38,632 nucleotides of DNA. Source: Prasinococcaceae sp. CCMP 1430 (taxonomy: Eukaryota > Plantae > Prasinodermophyta). Every line of letters begins with the position of its first letter. Within the stretch, counting starts at the first letter, position 1. A program made the position numbers and the translations under genes. Positions 1 to 9,423 of the stretch are shown in pieces. The notes below the pieces were generated by a model. That model searched no databases, was not told the DNA's origin, and saw only the letters and a list, made by a program, of their open reading frames with translations. The stretch is from positions 1 through 38,632 of the forward strand of contig RQSC01000697.1 in the NCBI GenBank assembly GCA_013416795.1, in the 5' to 3' direction.

Positions 1-36
1 GCACACCAAGAGGCTGCTCGGCCTCTATATCTCACA

Positions 37-1023
37 GTGCCCGCGCGTGCGGCGCACGGTGCGCGGCCGGGATGGCGTCGGCCTGGCGCTGGCCAGCCGT
101 CGCTCGGCGACCGCGCGCTGGGAGTCGCGGCGCGTTCGGCATCGGGGGGTATGGCAGGGACGGTGGCGCACGCGGGCGGACGGGGCGGTGTTGGAAGTGG
201 TGCCGGCGCGTGGGCCGGCGGCGCGGCGGCGCGTGGGTGGGCGGCCGGCGGAGCTAAGAGCGCTGCCGTTGGCGCACGCGGCTACCGCCGGCAAGGCGGC
301 GGGTGGAGCTCGGGGGGCGGCTACTCTGGCGGCGATAACGGTGGAAGCACCGCTTTCCGTGCGCTCTTTCTGCCCAACCTCGCCGTCTTCGGCGCTTGGC
401 AGTACGCAAGCTACGCGGGCGACTGGCAGCTCGAGCGCACGCTGCGCAGGCACTTCATGTGCTCCGAGGCGGCCGTGATGGACGGGCGAGTGCACACGCT
501 GCTCACAGCGGCTTTCTCGCACACGGATACGATACACTTCGGCATCAACATGTTCGTGATGAGCTCTTTTCTTGGTGGCGTGGCGCAGATGCGCGGTGAG
601 ATGTTCGCGGCTGGGCTGTGCGCGATGGGTGGGGTGGCGGGCTGCGCGGCACACGTGGCGAACGAGGCGGCAGGCCGCCTGTACCGCGACAGCAGGCGGC
701 CGGCGTGGTTCGCAAAGGAGCCCCCGAGCAAACAGAGCGTCGTAGGTGCGAGCGGCGGCGTGCTCGCCCTCGCTGCGTTCACCGCCGCCAAGTTCCCGTC
801 GAGCCGTGTGTCGATACTCTTCGCCGCCGACCTCGCGCGTGCGCTTCGGCTGCCGGCCCTCGAGCGGCTCCTGTCGCCCAAGCTGCGCACGGCGCTGGCG
901 CTCTTCGCTGCGTGGGAGCTGTACAGCGCCATGGGCCCGCCCGCCGTGGGGCCGTTCCCACATGCGCACGCGGGCCACCTGGGGGGCATGGCCATGGGCG
1001 CGCTGGCGGGAGTGCTGGCCTGA
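37..1023 (+). CDS. Rhomboid-family intramembrane serine protease (PARL/RBL-like)
   Basis: Motifs AAFSHTDTIHFGINM, catalytic GASG and AHAGHLGG, with several hydrophobic segments. Stop TGA at 1021-1023. Start uncertain: 37 is GTG, first in-frame ATG is 151, or the gene begins before the window. Confidence 0.9.
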   Translation: MPARAAHGARPGWRRPGAGQPSLGDRALGVAARSASGGMAGTVAHAGGRGGVGSGAGAWAGGAAARGWAAGGAKSAAVGARGYRRQGGGWSSGGGYSGGDNGGSTAFRALFLPNLAVFGAWQYASYAGDWQLERTLRRHFMCSEAAVMDGRVHTLLTAAFSHTDTIHFGINMFVMSSFLGGVAQMRGEMFAAGLCAMGGVAGCAAHVANEAAGRLYRDSRRPAWFAKEPPSKQSVVGASGGVLALAAFTAAKFPSSRVSILFAADLARALRLPALERLLSPKLRTALALFAAWELYSAMGPPAVGPFPHAHAGHLGGMAMGALAGVLA

Positions 1024-1052
1024 GCGACCAGCGTGCGCCACGATTCTGTACC

Positions 1053-1057
1053 TGTAA
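1053..1057 (+). terminator. TGTAA putative green-algal polyadenylation signal (rhomboid gene)
   Basis: TGTAA 30 nt after the stop codon. UGUAA is the established near-upstream poly(A) element in chlorophytes. Confidence 0.45.
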
Positions 1058-1143
1058 ACATCCCTGCTGCATTTCCGTTCGGGTTGGCTTTCATCGTCCT
1101 CTCAGCGGGGCACTGCGCGGCGGGCGTGCTGCGGCGCGCTGCC

Positions 1144-2081
1144 ATGGGTGGGGCGGCCACTCGCTGCGGCGGCTGCGCGCGGTCGCCGATGTCGGCGAGG
1201 CTGGGCGGGTGGGAGGGGCANNNNNNNNNNNNNNNNNNNNNNNNNNNNNNNNNNNNNNNNNNNNNNNNNNNNNNNNNNNNNNNNNNNNNNNNNNNNNNNN
1301 NNNNNNNNNNNNNNNNNNNNNNNNNNNNNNNNNNNNNNNNNNNNNNNNNNNNNNNNNNNNNNNNNNNNNNNNNNNNNNNNNNNNNNNNNCGCGGCTCGCG
1401 GGCGGCGCGGGCGGGGGGCCAGCCGCGCGGCTGTGGGACGCGTTGCGCGGTGGCTCGCAGGGCGGCGGCGATCCGGGGGTGGACGGGGGCGGTGGGGGAT
1501 CTAACCAAGACGATGCTGCGGGCGATGCCGAGACTCGCCTCGCAAGGGCCGTCGCGCGCGACCACGACTACGCGCTGAGCGTCCGGCTCTTTGAACGCTC
1601 GCCGGACGACGGGCCTCTCCGCGCGAAGGATGCCGCGGCGCTCAACGTGGTCGAGCTTGGGCTCGATGTGGCGTTCCATGGGTATGGCAGCGATGCCGAC
1701 AAGGCTGGCGGCGGCGCAGACATGCTCTGGCCACCGCGGGGGCGTGCGAGCGTGACCAGCGGCTCGCGGTTCTTCGCCTCGGAGGGCGGGTCGTGGCGAG
1801 TGGACGAGCCGGGGTACTTCAAGTTCACGCTACCCGTCACCTCCGAGCTGCGCGTCGCCAAGAGTGTCATCCTGCGGCAGGGCGATAGCCTGTACTTCAA
1901 CGCCAAGTGCGCGGTGGCCGACGCCGACGTTGCGGGCGACGGGCCGCCACCGCTCACGTCGGGCGTGGCCACCGTCAAGCGCGACATGCGCGCATCCTTC
2001 CTCGGCGCCTCCTACAGCGGCATCATGGCGCAGTACGTCGTCGTCGGCACGTTCGCCGCCGCCAGCCGGGACCGCCAGTAG
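1144..2081 (+). CDS. Hypothetical protein, interrupted by an assembly gap; globular-looking beta-rich C-terminal domain
   Basis: After the gap the frame reads as a real protein (…SGSRFFASEGGSWRVDEPGYFKFTLPV…GDSLYFNAK…SGVATVKRD…AQYVVVGTFAA) and ends at TAG 2079-2081. The ATG at 1144, before the gap, is a guess. Confidence 0.6.
1221..1389. other. Assembly gap (N run)
   Basis: Run of N in the sequence. Confidence 1.
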
Positions 2082-2220
2082 GCTCTGGTGGTAGCGGCGG
2101 GCGATGGCAGCACAGCGCGCTCGCACGTGGCGCGAGCCCAGCCCAGACACCAACGATGTACTTCAGTGTACACGCACCCTCGCCTTTGAAACTGTCTGCT
2201 CGCGTCTGCATCGGTGACCC

Positions 2221-2225
2221 TTACA
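2221..2225 (-). terminator. TGTAA putative polyadenylation signal (KRPT-repeat gene)
   Basis: TTACA on the + strand, about 52 nt beyond the minus-strand stop at 2277. Confidence 0.45.
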
Positions 2226-2276
2226 GTATAGGCTTAGTTTCGCTCACGAGTATCCTCGCTCCTCTTCCTGCGCGAT

Positions 2277-4511
2277 CTAATATCTCCTGGTGGGGGGCTC
2301 AGTGGGCGAGACGGGCTCGATGGGCGCGTCAGTCGGTGACTTGGTCGGCGAGGGCGTCGGGCGCCTCGTCGGCGACTTGGTCGGCAAGACGGGCTCTAGG
2401 GGCGCCTCGGTGGGCGCATTGGTCGGCGAGCACGTGCACGGCGGGCACACAGATGCGGTCGGCGAGAACGTGGGCGTGATGGGCGACTTGGTCGGAACGG
2501 GCACCGGCCTCACGGGCGCGTCGCGCGGAGGGCGCGCGGGCGTCGGCACGGGCTCGAAGGGCGCGTCGGTCGGCGTGATGGGCGACTTGGTCGGAACGGG
2601 CACGGGCCTCACGGGCGCGTCGCGCGGAGGGCGCTTGGTCGGAGGGTCCGTGGGCGTCACGGGAACGATCGGCGCATCCGTGGGCGGGCGCTTGGTCGGC
2701 GGACGCTTGGTCGGAGGGTCCGTGGGCGTCACGGGAACGACCGGCGCATCCGTAGGCGGGCGCTTGGTCGGCCTCTTGGTCGGGCCGAACCAGCCGAGGA
2801 ACCACCCGGAGAACCAGCCTGCGAACCAGCCCTCCTTGGTCGGGCGCTTGGTCGGCTCCTTGGTGGGCCTCTTGGTCGGACGCTTGGTCGGCTCCTTGGT
2901 GGGCCTCTTGGTCGGACGCTTGGTCGGCTCCTTGGTGGGCCTCTTGGTCGGACGCTTGGTCGGCTCCTTGGTGGGCCTCTTGGTCGGGCGCTTGGTCGGC
3001 TCCTTGGTGGGCCTCTTGGTCGGGCGCTTGGTCGGCGGCCGCTTGCCTGGCCTCCACCACGGCGGGCGCTTGCTGGGCCTCCACCACGGCGGGAGCTTGC
3101 TGGGCCTCTTGGACGGACGCTTGCTGGGCCTCTTGCTAGGGCGCTTGCTAGGCCTCTTGGACGGACGCTTGCTGGGCCTCTTGCTAGGGCGCTTGCTAGG
3201 GCGCTTGCTAGGCCTCTTGGACGGACGCTTGGTCGGACGCTTGGTCGGCTCCTTGGTGGGCCTCTTGGTCGGGCGCTTGGTCGGCGGCCGCTTGCCTGGC
3301 CTCCACCACGGCGGGCGCTTGCTGGGCCTCCACCACGGCGGGAGCTTGCTGGGCCTCTTGGACGGACGCTTGCTGGGCCTCTTGCTAGGGCGCTTGCTAG
3401 GGCGCTTGCTAGGCCTCTTGGACGGACGCTTGGTCGGACGCTTGGTCGGCTCCTTGGTGGGCCTCTTGGTCGGGCGCTTGGTCGGCTCCTTGGTGGGCCT
3501 CTTGGTCGGACGCTTGGTCGGCTCCTTGGTTGGCCTCTTGGTCGGGCGCTTGCTAGGCCTCTTGGACGGACGCTTGCTCGGCCTCTTGCTAGGGCGCTTG
3601 CTAGGCCTCTTGGACGGACGCTTGCTGGGCCTCTTGCTAGGGCGCTTGCTAGGCCTCTTGGACGGACGCTTGCTGGGCCTCTTGGACGGACGCTTGCTGG
3701 GCCTCTTGCTAGGGCGCTTGCTAGGCCTCTTGGACGGACGCTTGGTCGGCTCCTTGGTGGGCCTCTTGGTCGGACGCTTGGTCGGCTCCTTGGTGGGCCT
3801 CTTGGTCGGACGCTTGGTCGGCTCCTTGGTGGGCCTCTTGGTCGGACGCTTGGTCGGCTCCTTGGTCGGGCGCTTGGTCGGACGCTTGGTCGGCTCCTTG
3901 GTGGGCCTCTTGGTCGGGCGCTTGGTCGGCTCCTTGGTGGGCCTCTTGGTCGGGCGCTTGGTCGGCTCCTTGGTGGGCCTCTTGGTCGGGCGCTTGGTCG
4001 GCTCCTTGGTGGGCCTCTTGGTCGGACGCTTGGTCGGCTCCTTGGTGGGCCTCTTGGTCGGGCGCTTGGTGGGCTCCTTGGTGGGCCTCTTTGTCGGGCG
4101 CTTGGTGGGCCTCTCCCTGCCGCGCCTCTCATCCTCGTCGCCCCCTTCACCTTCATCGCGGCCCCTCTTTGGCGAGTCCCGCTCGTCTTCCTCGTCTTCC
4201 TCGCCGCCCCTCCTGGACGGCCTGCTCTCGTCTTCCTCGTCTTCCTCGTCCTCCTGGTCTTCCTCGTCTTCCTCGTCTTCCTCGTCTTCCTCGTCTTCAT
4301 CGCCTCCGCTCTCGCCGGGCTCCTCACGCTCCTCCTCGACTTCCTCTTCCTCACCGTCGCCCTTGAGCAGGCGCAGGAACGTTGTGTGCGTGGGGGTCCT
4401 CGCGGGGTCCACGACCAGGGCATCGGTCGGGGTCGGGGTTTCCGCTACGGTCTTGCCATACTCCACGAGTACCGCAAGTAGTAGGACGAAGAGCGTCGTC
4501 AGGCGTGCCAT
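2277..4511 (-). CDS. Secreted Pro/Thr/Lys-rich repeat protein, 744 aa (extensin/mucin/HRGP-like)
   Basis: ATG at 4511 gives a signal-peptide-like MARLTTLFVLLLAVLVEYG. Then a D/E-rich block, a long (KRPT/KEPT/KRPS)n array, PPWWRP inserts, (GWFx)4, PTxAP-type repeats and VCPPCTC, ending in Y-stop. Intronless. Confidence 0.85.
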   Translation of the reverse strand: MARLTTLFVLLLAVLVEYGKTVAETPTPTDALVVDPARTPTHTTFLRLLKGDGEEEEVEEEREEPGESGGDEDEEDEEDEEDEEDQEDEEDEEDESRPSRRGGEEDEEDERDSPKRGRDEGEGGDEDERRGRERPTKRPTKRPTKEPTKRPTKRPTKEPTKRPTKRPTKEPTKRPTKRPTKEPTKRPTKRPTKEPTKRPTKRPTKEPTKRPTKRPTKEPTKRPTKRPTKEPTKRPTKRPTKEPTKRPTKRPTKEPTKRPSKRPSKRPSKRPSKRPSKRPSKRPSKRPSKRPSKRPSKRPSKRPSKRPSKRPSKRPSKRPSKRPTKRPTKEPTKRPTKRPTKEPTKRPTKRPTKEPTKRPTKRPSKRPSKRPSKRPSKRPSKRPSKRPSKLPPWWRPSKRPPWWRPGKRPPTKRPTKRPTKEPTKRPTKRPSKRPSKRPSKRPSKRPSKRPSKRPSKRPSKRPSKRPSKRPSKLPPWWRPSKRPPWWRPGKRPPTKRPTKRPTKEPTKRPTKRPTKEPTKRPTKRPTKEPTKRPTKRPTKEPTKRPTKRPTKEPTKRPTKEGWFAGWFSGWFLGWFGPTKRPTKRPPTDAPVVPVTPTDPPTKRPPTKRPPTDAPIVPVTPTDPPTKRPPRDAPVRPVPVPTKSPITPTDAPFEPVPTPARPPRDAPVRPVPVPTKSPITPTFSPTASVCPPCTCSPTNAPTEAPLEPVLPTKSPTRRPTPSPTKSPTDAPIEPVSPTEPPTRRY
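2830..4110 (-). repeat. Coding tandem repeat: 12-bp unit (KRPT/KEPT/KRPS) with a 36-bp higher-order unit and an internal duplication of about 249 bp
   Basis: Units cttggtcgggcg, cttggtcggctc, cttggtgggcct and cttgctgggcct on the + strand. The PPWWRP cassette recurs at about 3032 and 3281. Confidence 0.95.
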
Positions 4512-5947
4512 CTTGCGCGGTGCCGAGTGTGCGTGCCCCTCGCGCACACTCTGGCACCCTCTGGGCTGGCCCGCCCTGCCGTGTGCGTCTGCGCCACGCT
4601 CTCCTTTGCGCAAGGCACGGCACGACGTACGCAATCCGGCTGCGCGCGCGCCGCTGCGCCCGCAGGAGGTCGCGCGCGCCCGGTGCGCGCTCAGCGCGAA
4701 CACGCAGCGGCCGCCGGGCGAAACGGCCGCTGCGCCGCGATTTTGCTCCACGCCGCCCAGCCCGCCGCACACCCCCCACGCCGCCCTGCCCTGCGCACGC
4801 TGCGCGCCCCACGCCACGCGCGCGTGAGCGCGCGCGCGCGCGCTCCTAATTTCCCCGCCGCGACTATCAGACTCCCATATGGCTCTCTGATTGCTGCCCA
4901 TCAGGCGCGCCGCCACACGTGCGGGCCCTTCGTGAGGAACGATCTCTCCCATGCGCGAAATTGCCTCGTTGCTCAGCAACAAGGGAGAATCCACATGTGA
5001 CGTTACGGTCAGACGGCCAACGTAATGGCAATGAAGGGCATGCTCGAGCCAGCGCAGGTCTGATTATAGTGATAGTGGCGACGAGTTGTGCGAGTGCTAA
5101 TAAAGAGCTTTTTGAGGCGTTCGAATGGCATCCGCGCGCATCGCCCCATGCCAGATCGTCTCGAGAGATCGACTTCGTTAGGAACGACGCAGAACTCCCA
5201 TGGGGGTGGGCCGAGGCGGGCCTCGGACATCCACGGCGACCGCGAGGCGCCTTCGGTTTTCCTCAAGGGCTGGTTGTCAACGTATCTCGGTCAGTCGCCG
5301 TGAAAAGATCGGCTGCGATCGACCCGCGAAGATTCTGCGCAGATCGGCTCGTCGGTCGGGCAAACCAACCACACCTCGGGATGTCCGCAGCCAAGCCCAT
5401 GCATGGACAGTGACAGCACATATTTCATCGCACCATGCGCTTGCCATGCGTGGACCGGTCGATCCGATTCGTTTGTCGACCGAACATACACACGCCAATG
5501 CCAATGCCATTTGGATGCATGAGAATACAAATTGTACTGCAGTACTTTACAGTAGTACTACTAGCTGTACCATAGTACTAATGGTACTGTACCATCAGGA
5601 TAGACTACTGTCCTGTATGTCTTAGTTGCTGTGTCAAGCAAGGGTTCTGCTATTGCCGATGGTCAAAATCAGCGAGTGCCTGCGCCCTTCCTCTCATGTC
5701 TAGCTAGAGAGGGACTCCAAGAGTGTCATACTCTATTCAGTGGCGTTCGAATGGCGTTCGCGCGCGCGCGTCCACCCACCCTTGTTCACTGTACCATCAT
5801 CTGATGGTACAATGCTGCACCACCTCTCGAGTCATGCGCACGAAAAAAAAGAAGCGCCGCAACCAGTGACTGGAAAATTTCAACACCCGGCCGCCGGGCA
5901 GGGAGCCGCAGCGCTGCAGCCGGTACTGAGAGGGGCGGCGGCGGCCC

Positions 5948-7541
5948 GTGGGGTGCCACACGTTGCGCGCGCTTAGCACGCGGGTGCGCCGAGGCCGAGG
6001 CATAGGCGACGGGCTGGACGCGTGGCGGCGGCGGCGGCGGCGGCGGCGGCGACCACCTGCGGCAGTGGTCGCGGGCGCCGCGGGCGCACCTTCGGATGCG
6101 GCCGTGACTGCGGCCGCGGCGGGTGCCAACGACGACGACGACGCTGCGCTCTTCGCCACACCCGTCGAGGTGGTCGCGCCGACGGGCTACCGCTTCGTGG
6201 CGTACGGAGGCGTGCCGTACCCGTCGTTCATGGCGCCCGCCGCGCTCGACGCGCTGCGCTCGCGCTGGGCGCCAGCCGAGCGCGACATCGTCGTAGCGAC
6301 GTACCCGAAGTGTGGCACGACGTGGGTGCAGCAGGTGCGCTTTGCGGGCAGGGAGGCAAGCAGGCACGCGCGCCACGGCGTGTCGCTCTGCGCGCTGCGC
6401 GATTTTGCGCGTCTCGCTGACGCCACCCGTGCCTGGTTGGCGCTGCTCAGGTGCTGCTGCTGCTACTCTCGGGTGGTGACACAGCCGCGTGTGATGATCC
6501 GATGCGCCAATCGCCGTGGGTTGAGCGCGTGGCCTCCTCGGGGCGAGACGGGTTCGAGTCTGTGCTGCAGCGCGGCGCGGGGGGCGCGGGGGCCGCTGGT
6601 CGCACGGTGTGGAAGACGCACGCGCCTGTCGCGCTCTCACCCTGGTCGCCGCTGCCGGCAGGTGACGGAGTGACCGCCTCTGCGCCAGGCGGCGCTGCGC
6701 CAAGCACTGGCGCGCGTGTCGTCGTCGTCGTGCGCAATCCGCTCGACGTGGCCGTATCCATGTACCACCACACTAAAGACTCAAGTGCGTTCGGCTGCCC
6801 GGAAATTTCGCCAGAGGAATTCGTGGAGCTCTTCCTCCGAGGAGGTGTGTGTGCGCGAACCCGCGCGCAGAGCGTGAGCGCGCGGTCTTGTGCGGACGGG
6901 CGTGTGCGTGAGCCTTCTTCATGTGCCTGGCGAGTGGCGAGAGCCAGCTGCACGCGCGCCCGCGTCGCAGCCCGCCGCGGCCTCGTGAGTATGTCGTCCC
7001 GTCCCTGACTGCCTCGCGCCATCGATCGCTTCCTCCATCGTGCGCGCGCGTGCCACGCCGTACGCCGCGCGGCTGCGCCGGCCACTTGCGGCGTGCCCAT
7101 GATTTCGCCACTTCGTCTTTCGCAGAGGCCGAGTCCGGTTCGTGGTGGGAATGGTACGCCCCGTGGGCCGCCGAGGCCGCGGCGAGCGAGGCGGTGCTTC
7201 AGGTGTGGTATGAGGACATGGTCGAGGATCTCGAGCGGGAGGTGCGGCGACTGGCAGCTTTCGTCGGCATCGAGGGGCTGAGCGACGAGACGATCTCGCG
7301 TACTGTGACCGCCGCGAGGTTCGAGAACATGAAGAAGCAATTCGAGCGCGTCGACGCGGCCAAGAGAAGCCGCGGAGAACCGATCAAGAAGAATCACATT
7401 CGCAGGGGAGGCGTCGGTGGCTGGCGGGAGGTCGATGCGGTGGCCGCGCGGCGCGACGAGTTCGTGCGGCGGTCCGAGGCGCTCCCTGAGACGTTCTGGT
7501 GCGAGGCAGCACGAGCTGAGCTGCGGGCGGCGGAGCTTTAG
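5948..7541 (+). CDS. Cytosolic-type sulfotransferase (Sulfotransfer_1-like), at least 3 exons
   Basis: Exons approximately <5948..6334, 6451..6844 and 7126..7541, with consistent phases. 5'-PSB motif TYPKCGTTW, KTH, 3'-PB motif VRNPLDVAVSMYHH, WYEDM and C-terminal RRGGVGGW (RKGxxGxW-like). Start codon unresolved: 5948 is GTG and the first ATG is at 6230. Confidence 0.9.
6024..6050 (+). repeat. (GGC)9 microsatellite
   Basis: Nine GGC units read directly from the sequence, in the 5' region of the sulfotransferase. Confidence 0.9.
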
Positions 7542-7726
7542 CGGGCACGCTCGTGTGGTCCCTAAACTGTGGTGGTGTGCATTTAGCAAGCCAAGGCGCT
7601 CAAAGTGCCACCGAGCGGAGCACTACTGCAAGAGTGCCGGTCAGGCGCCTCGCGCGACTAGATTTCGGGTGGCGGTGGTGAGGTTTCGTATCGTAAGATG
7701 CCATTGGGCGGGCAGCGCTTCGTTGG

Positions 7727-7731
7727 TTACA
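7727..7731 (-). terminator. TGTAA putative polyadenylation signal (second Pro-rich gene)
   Basis: TTACA on the + strand, about 80 nt beyond the minus-strand stop at 7811. Confidence 0.4.
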
Positions 7732-7810
7732 TCAGGCAGGCACCGATTCCTCCTGCTCAGACATTTTCAGCTGCGCCTCGGCCACTGGTTAATTTTGCTC
7801 GCGAGTGTCT

Positions 7811-8690
7811 TTAATACTTAGGACCCTTGGTGGGGGGCTCGACGGGCGCCTTGGTGGGCCCAGCGGGCTCGACGGGCGCCTTGGTGGGCCCGACGGGCTC
7901 GACGGGCGCCTTGGTGGGCCCGACGGGCTCGACGGGTGCCTTGGTGGGCCCGACGGGCTCGACGGGCGCCTTGGTGGGCGAGACGGGCTCGATGGGGGGC
8001 TCGACGGGCGCCTTGGTGGGCGAGACGGGCTCGATGGGGGGCTCGACGGGAACGGGCACGGGCCTCACGGGCGCCTCGGTGGGCGAGACGGGCTCAACGG
8101 GGGGCTCGATGGGCGCCTTGGTGGGCCCGGCGGGCTCGACGGGCGCCTTGGTGGGCCCGACGGGCTCGACGGGCGCCTTGGTGGGCAGGGCTCGACGGGC
8201 GCCTTGGTAGGGACGGGCACCGGCCTCACGGGCGCCTCGGTGGGCGAGACGGGCTCGACGGGCGCCTTGGTAGGGACGGGCACGGGCCTCACGGGCGCCT
8301 CGGTGGGCGAAACGGGCTCGATGGGCGCGTCGGTCGGTGACTTGGTCGGCGAGGGCGTCGGGCGCCTCGTCGGCGACACTGGCTCGATGGGCGCGTCGGT
8401 CGGTGTGATGGGCGACTTGGTCGGGACGGGCACGGGCCTCACGGGCGCCTCCGTGGGCGAGACGGGCTCGAAAGGCGCCTCGGTGGGCGCATTGGTCGGC
8501 GAGCACGTGCATGGCGGGCACACAGGTGTGGTCGGCGAGTCCGTGGGCGTGATGGGCGACTTGGTCGGAACGGGCACCGGCCTCACAGGCGCCTCGGTGG
8601 GCGAGACGGGCTCGGCGGGGGGCTCGACGGGCGCCTTGGTAGGGACGGGCACCGGCCTCACGGGCGCCTCGGTGGGCGAGACGGGCTCGA
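7811..8690 (-). CDS. 3' part of a second Pro/Thr-rich repeat protein, paralogous to 2277-4511; 5' end in the gap; apparent frameshift near 8187
   Basis: Shares [41 protein letters not shown] and [18 protein letters not shown] with the first gene. Has ([10 protein letters not shown])n and ends GPKY-TAA at 7811. A 4-nt shortfall against the repeat unit near 8187 shifts the frame. Confidence 0.7.
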
Positions 8691-9423
8691 NNNNNNNNNN
8701 NNNNNNNNNNNNNNNNNNNNNNNNNNNNNNNNNNNNNNNNNNNNNNNNNNNNNNNNNNNNNNNNNNNNNNNNNNNNNNNNNNNNNNNNNNNNNNNNNNNN
8801 NNNNNNNNNNNNNNNNNNNNNNNNNNNNNNNNNNNNNNNNNNNNNNNNNNNNNNNNNNNNNNNNNNNNNNNNNNNNNNNNNNNNNNNNNNNNNNNNNNNN
8901 NNNNNNNNNNNNNNNNNNNNNNNNNNNNNNNNNNNNNNNNNNNNNNNNNNNNNNNNNNNNNNNNNNNNNNNNNNNNNNNNNNNNNNNNNNNNNNNNNNNN
9001 NNNNNNNNNNNNNNNNNNNNNNNNNNNNNNNNNNNNNNNNNNNNNNNNNNNNNNNNNNNNNNNNNNNNNNNNNNNNNNNNNNNNNNNNNNNNNNNNNNNN
9101 NNNNNNNNNNNNNNNNNNNNNNNNNNNNNNNNNNNNNNNNNNNNNNNNNNNNNNNNNNNNNNNNNNNNNNNNNNNNNNNNNNNNNNNNNNNNNNNNNNNN
9201 NNNNNNNNNNNNNNNNNNNNNNNNNNNNNNNNNNNNNNNNNNNNNNNNNNNNNNNNNNNNNNNNNNNNNNNNNNNNNNNNNNNNNNNNNNNNNNNNNNNN
9301 NNNNNNNNNNNNNNNNNNNNNNNNNNNNNNNNNNNNNNNNNNNNNNNNNNNNNNNNNNNNNNNNNNNNNNNNNNNNNNNNNNNNNNNNNNNNNNNNNNNN
9401 NNNNNNNNNNNNNNNNNNNNNNN
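8691..9423. other. Assembly gap (N run)
   Basis: Run of N; probably hides the 5' half of the Pro-rich paralog. Confidence 1.

Noticed and set aside
2830-4110. Regular short repeats that could be mistaken for a CRISPR array
   Set aside because: In-frame coding tandem repeats without unique spacers, in a eukaryotic context with no cas genes.
2290-4827. 845-aa + strand ORF of LVGR/LLGL repeats, and a similar ORF at 7805-9763
   Set aside because: Antisense shadow of the Pro/Thr/Lys repeat genes. The minus strand has the signal peptide, a coherent architecture and a TGTAA signal.
4527-5625. Several 70-165 aa ORFs in the region between the repeat gene and the sulfotransferase
   Set aside because: No recognisable motifs, overlapping on both strands; more consistent with promoter or UTR sequence.
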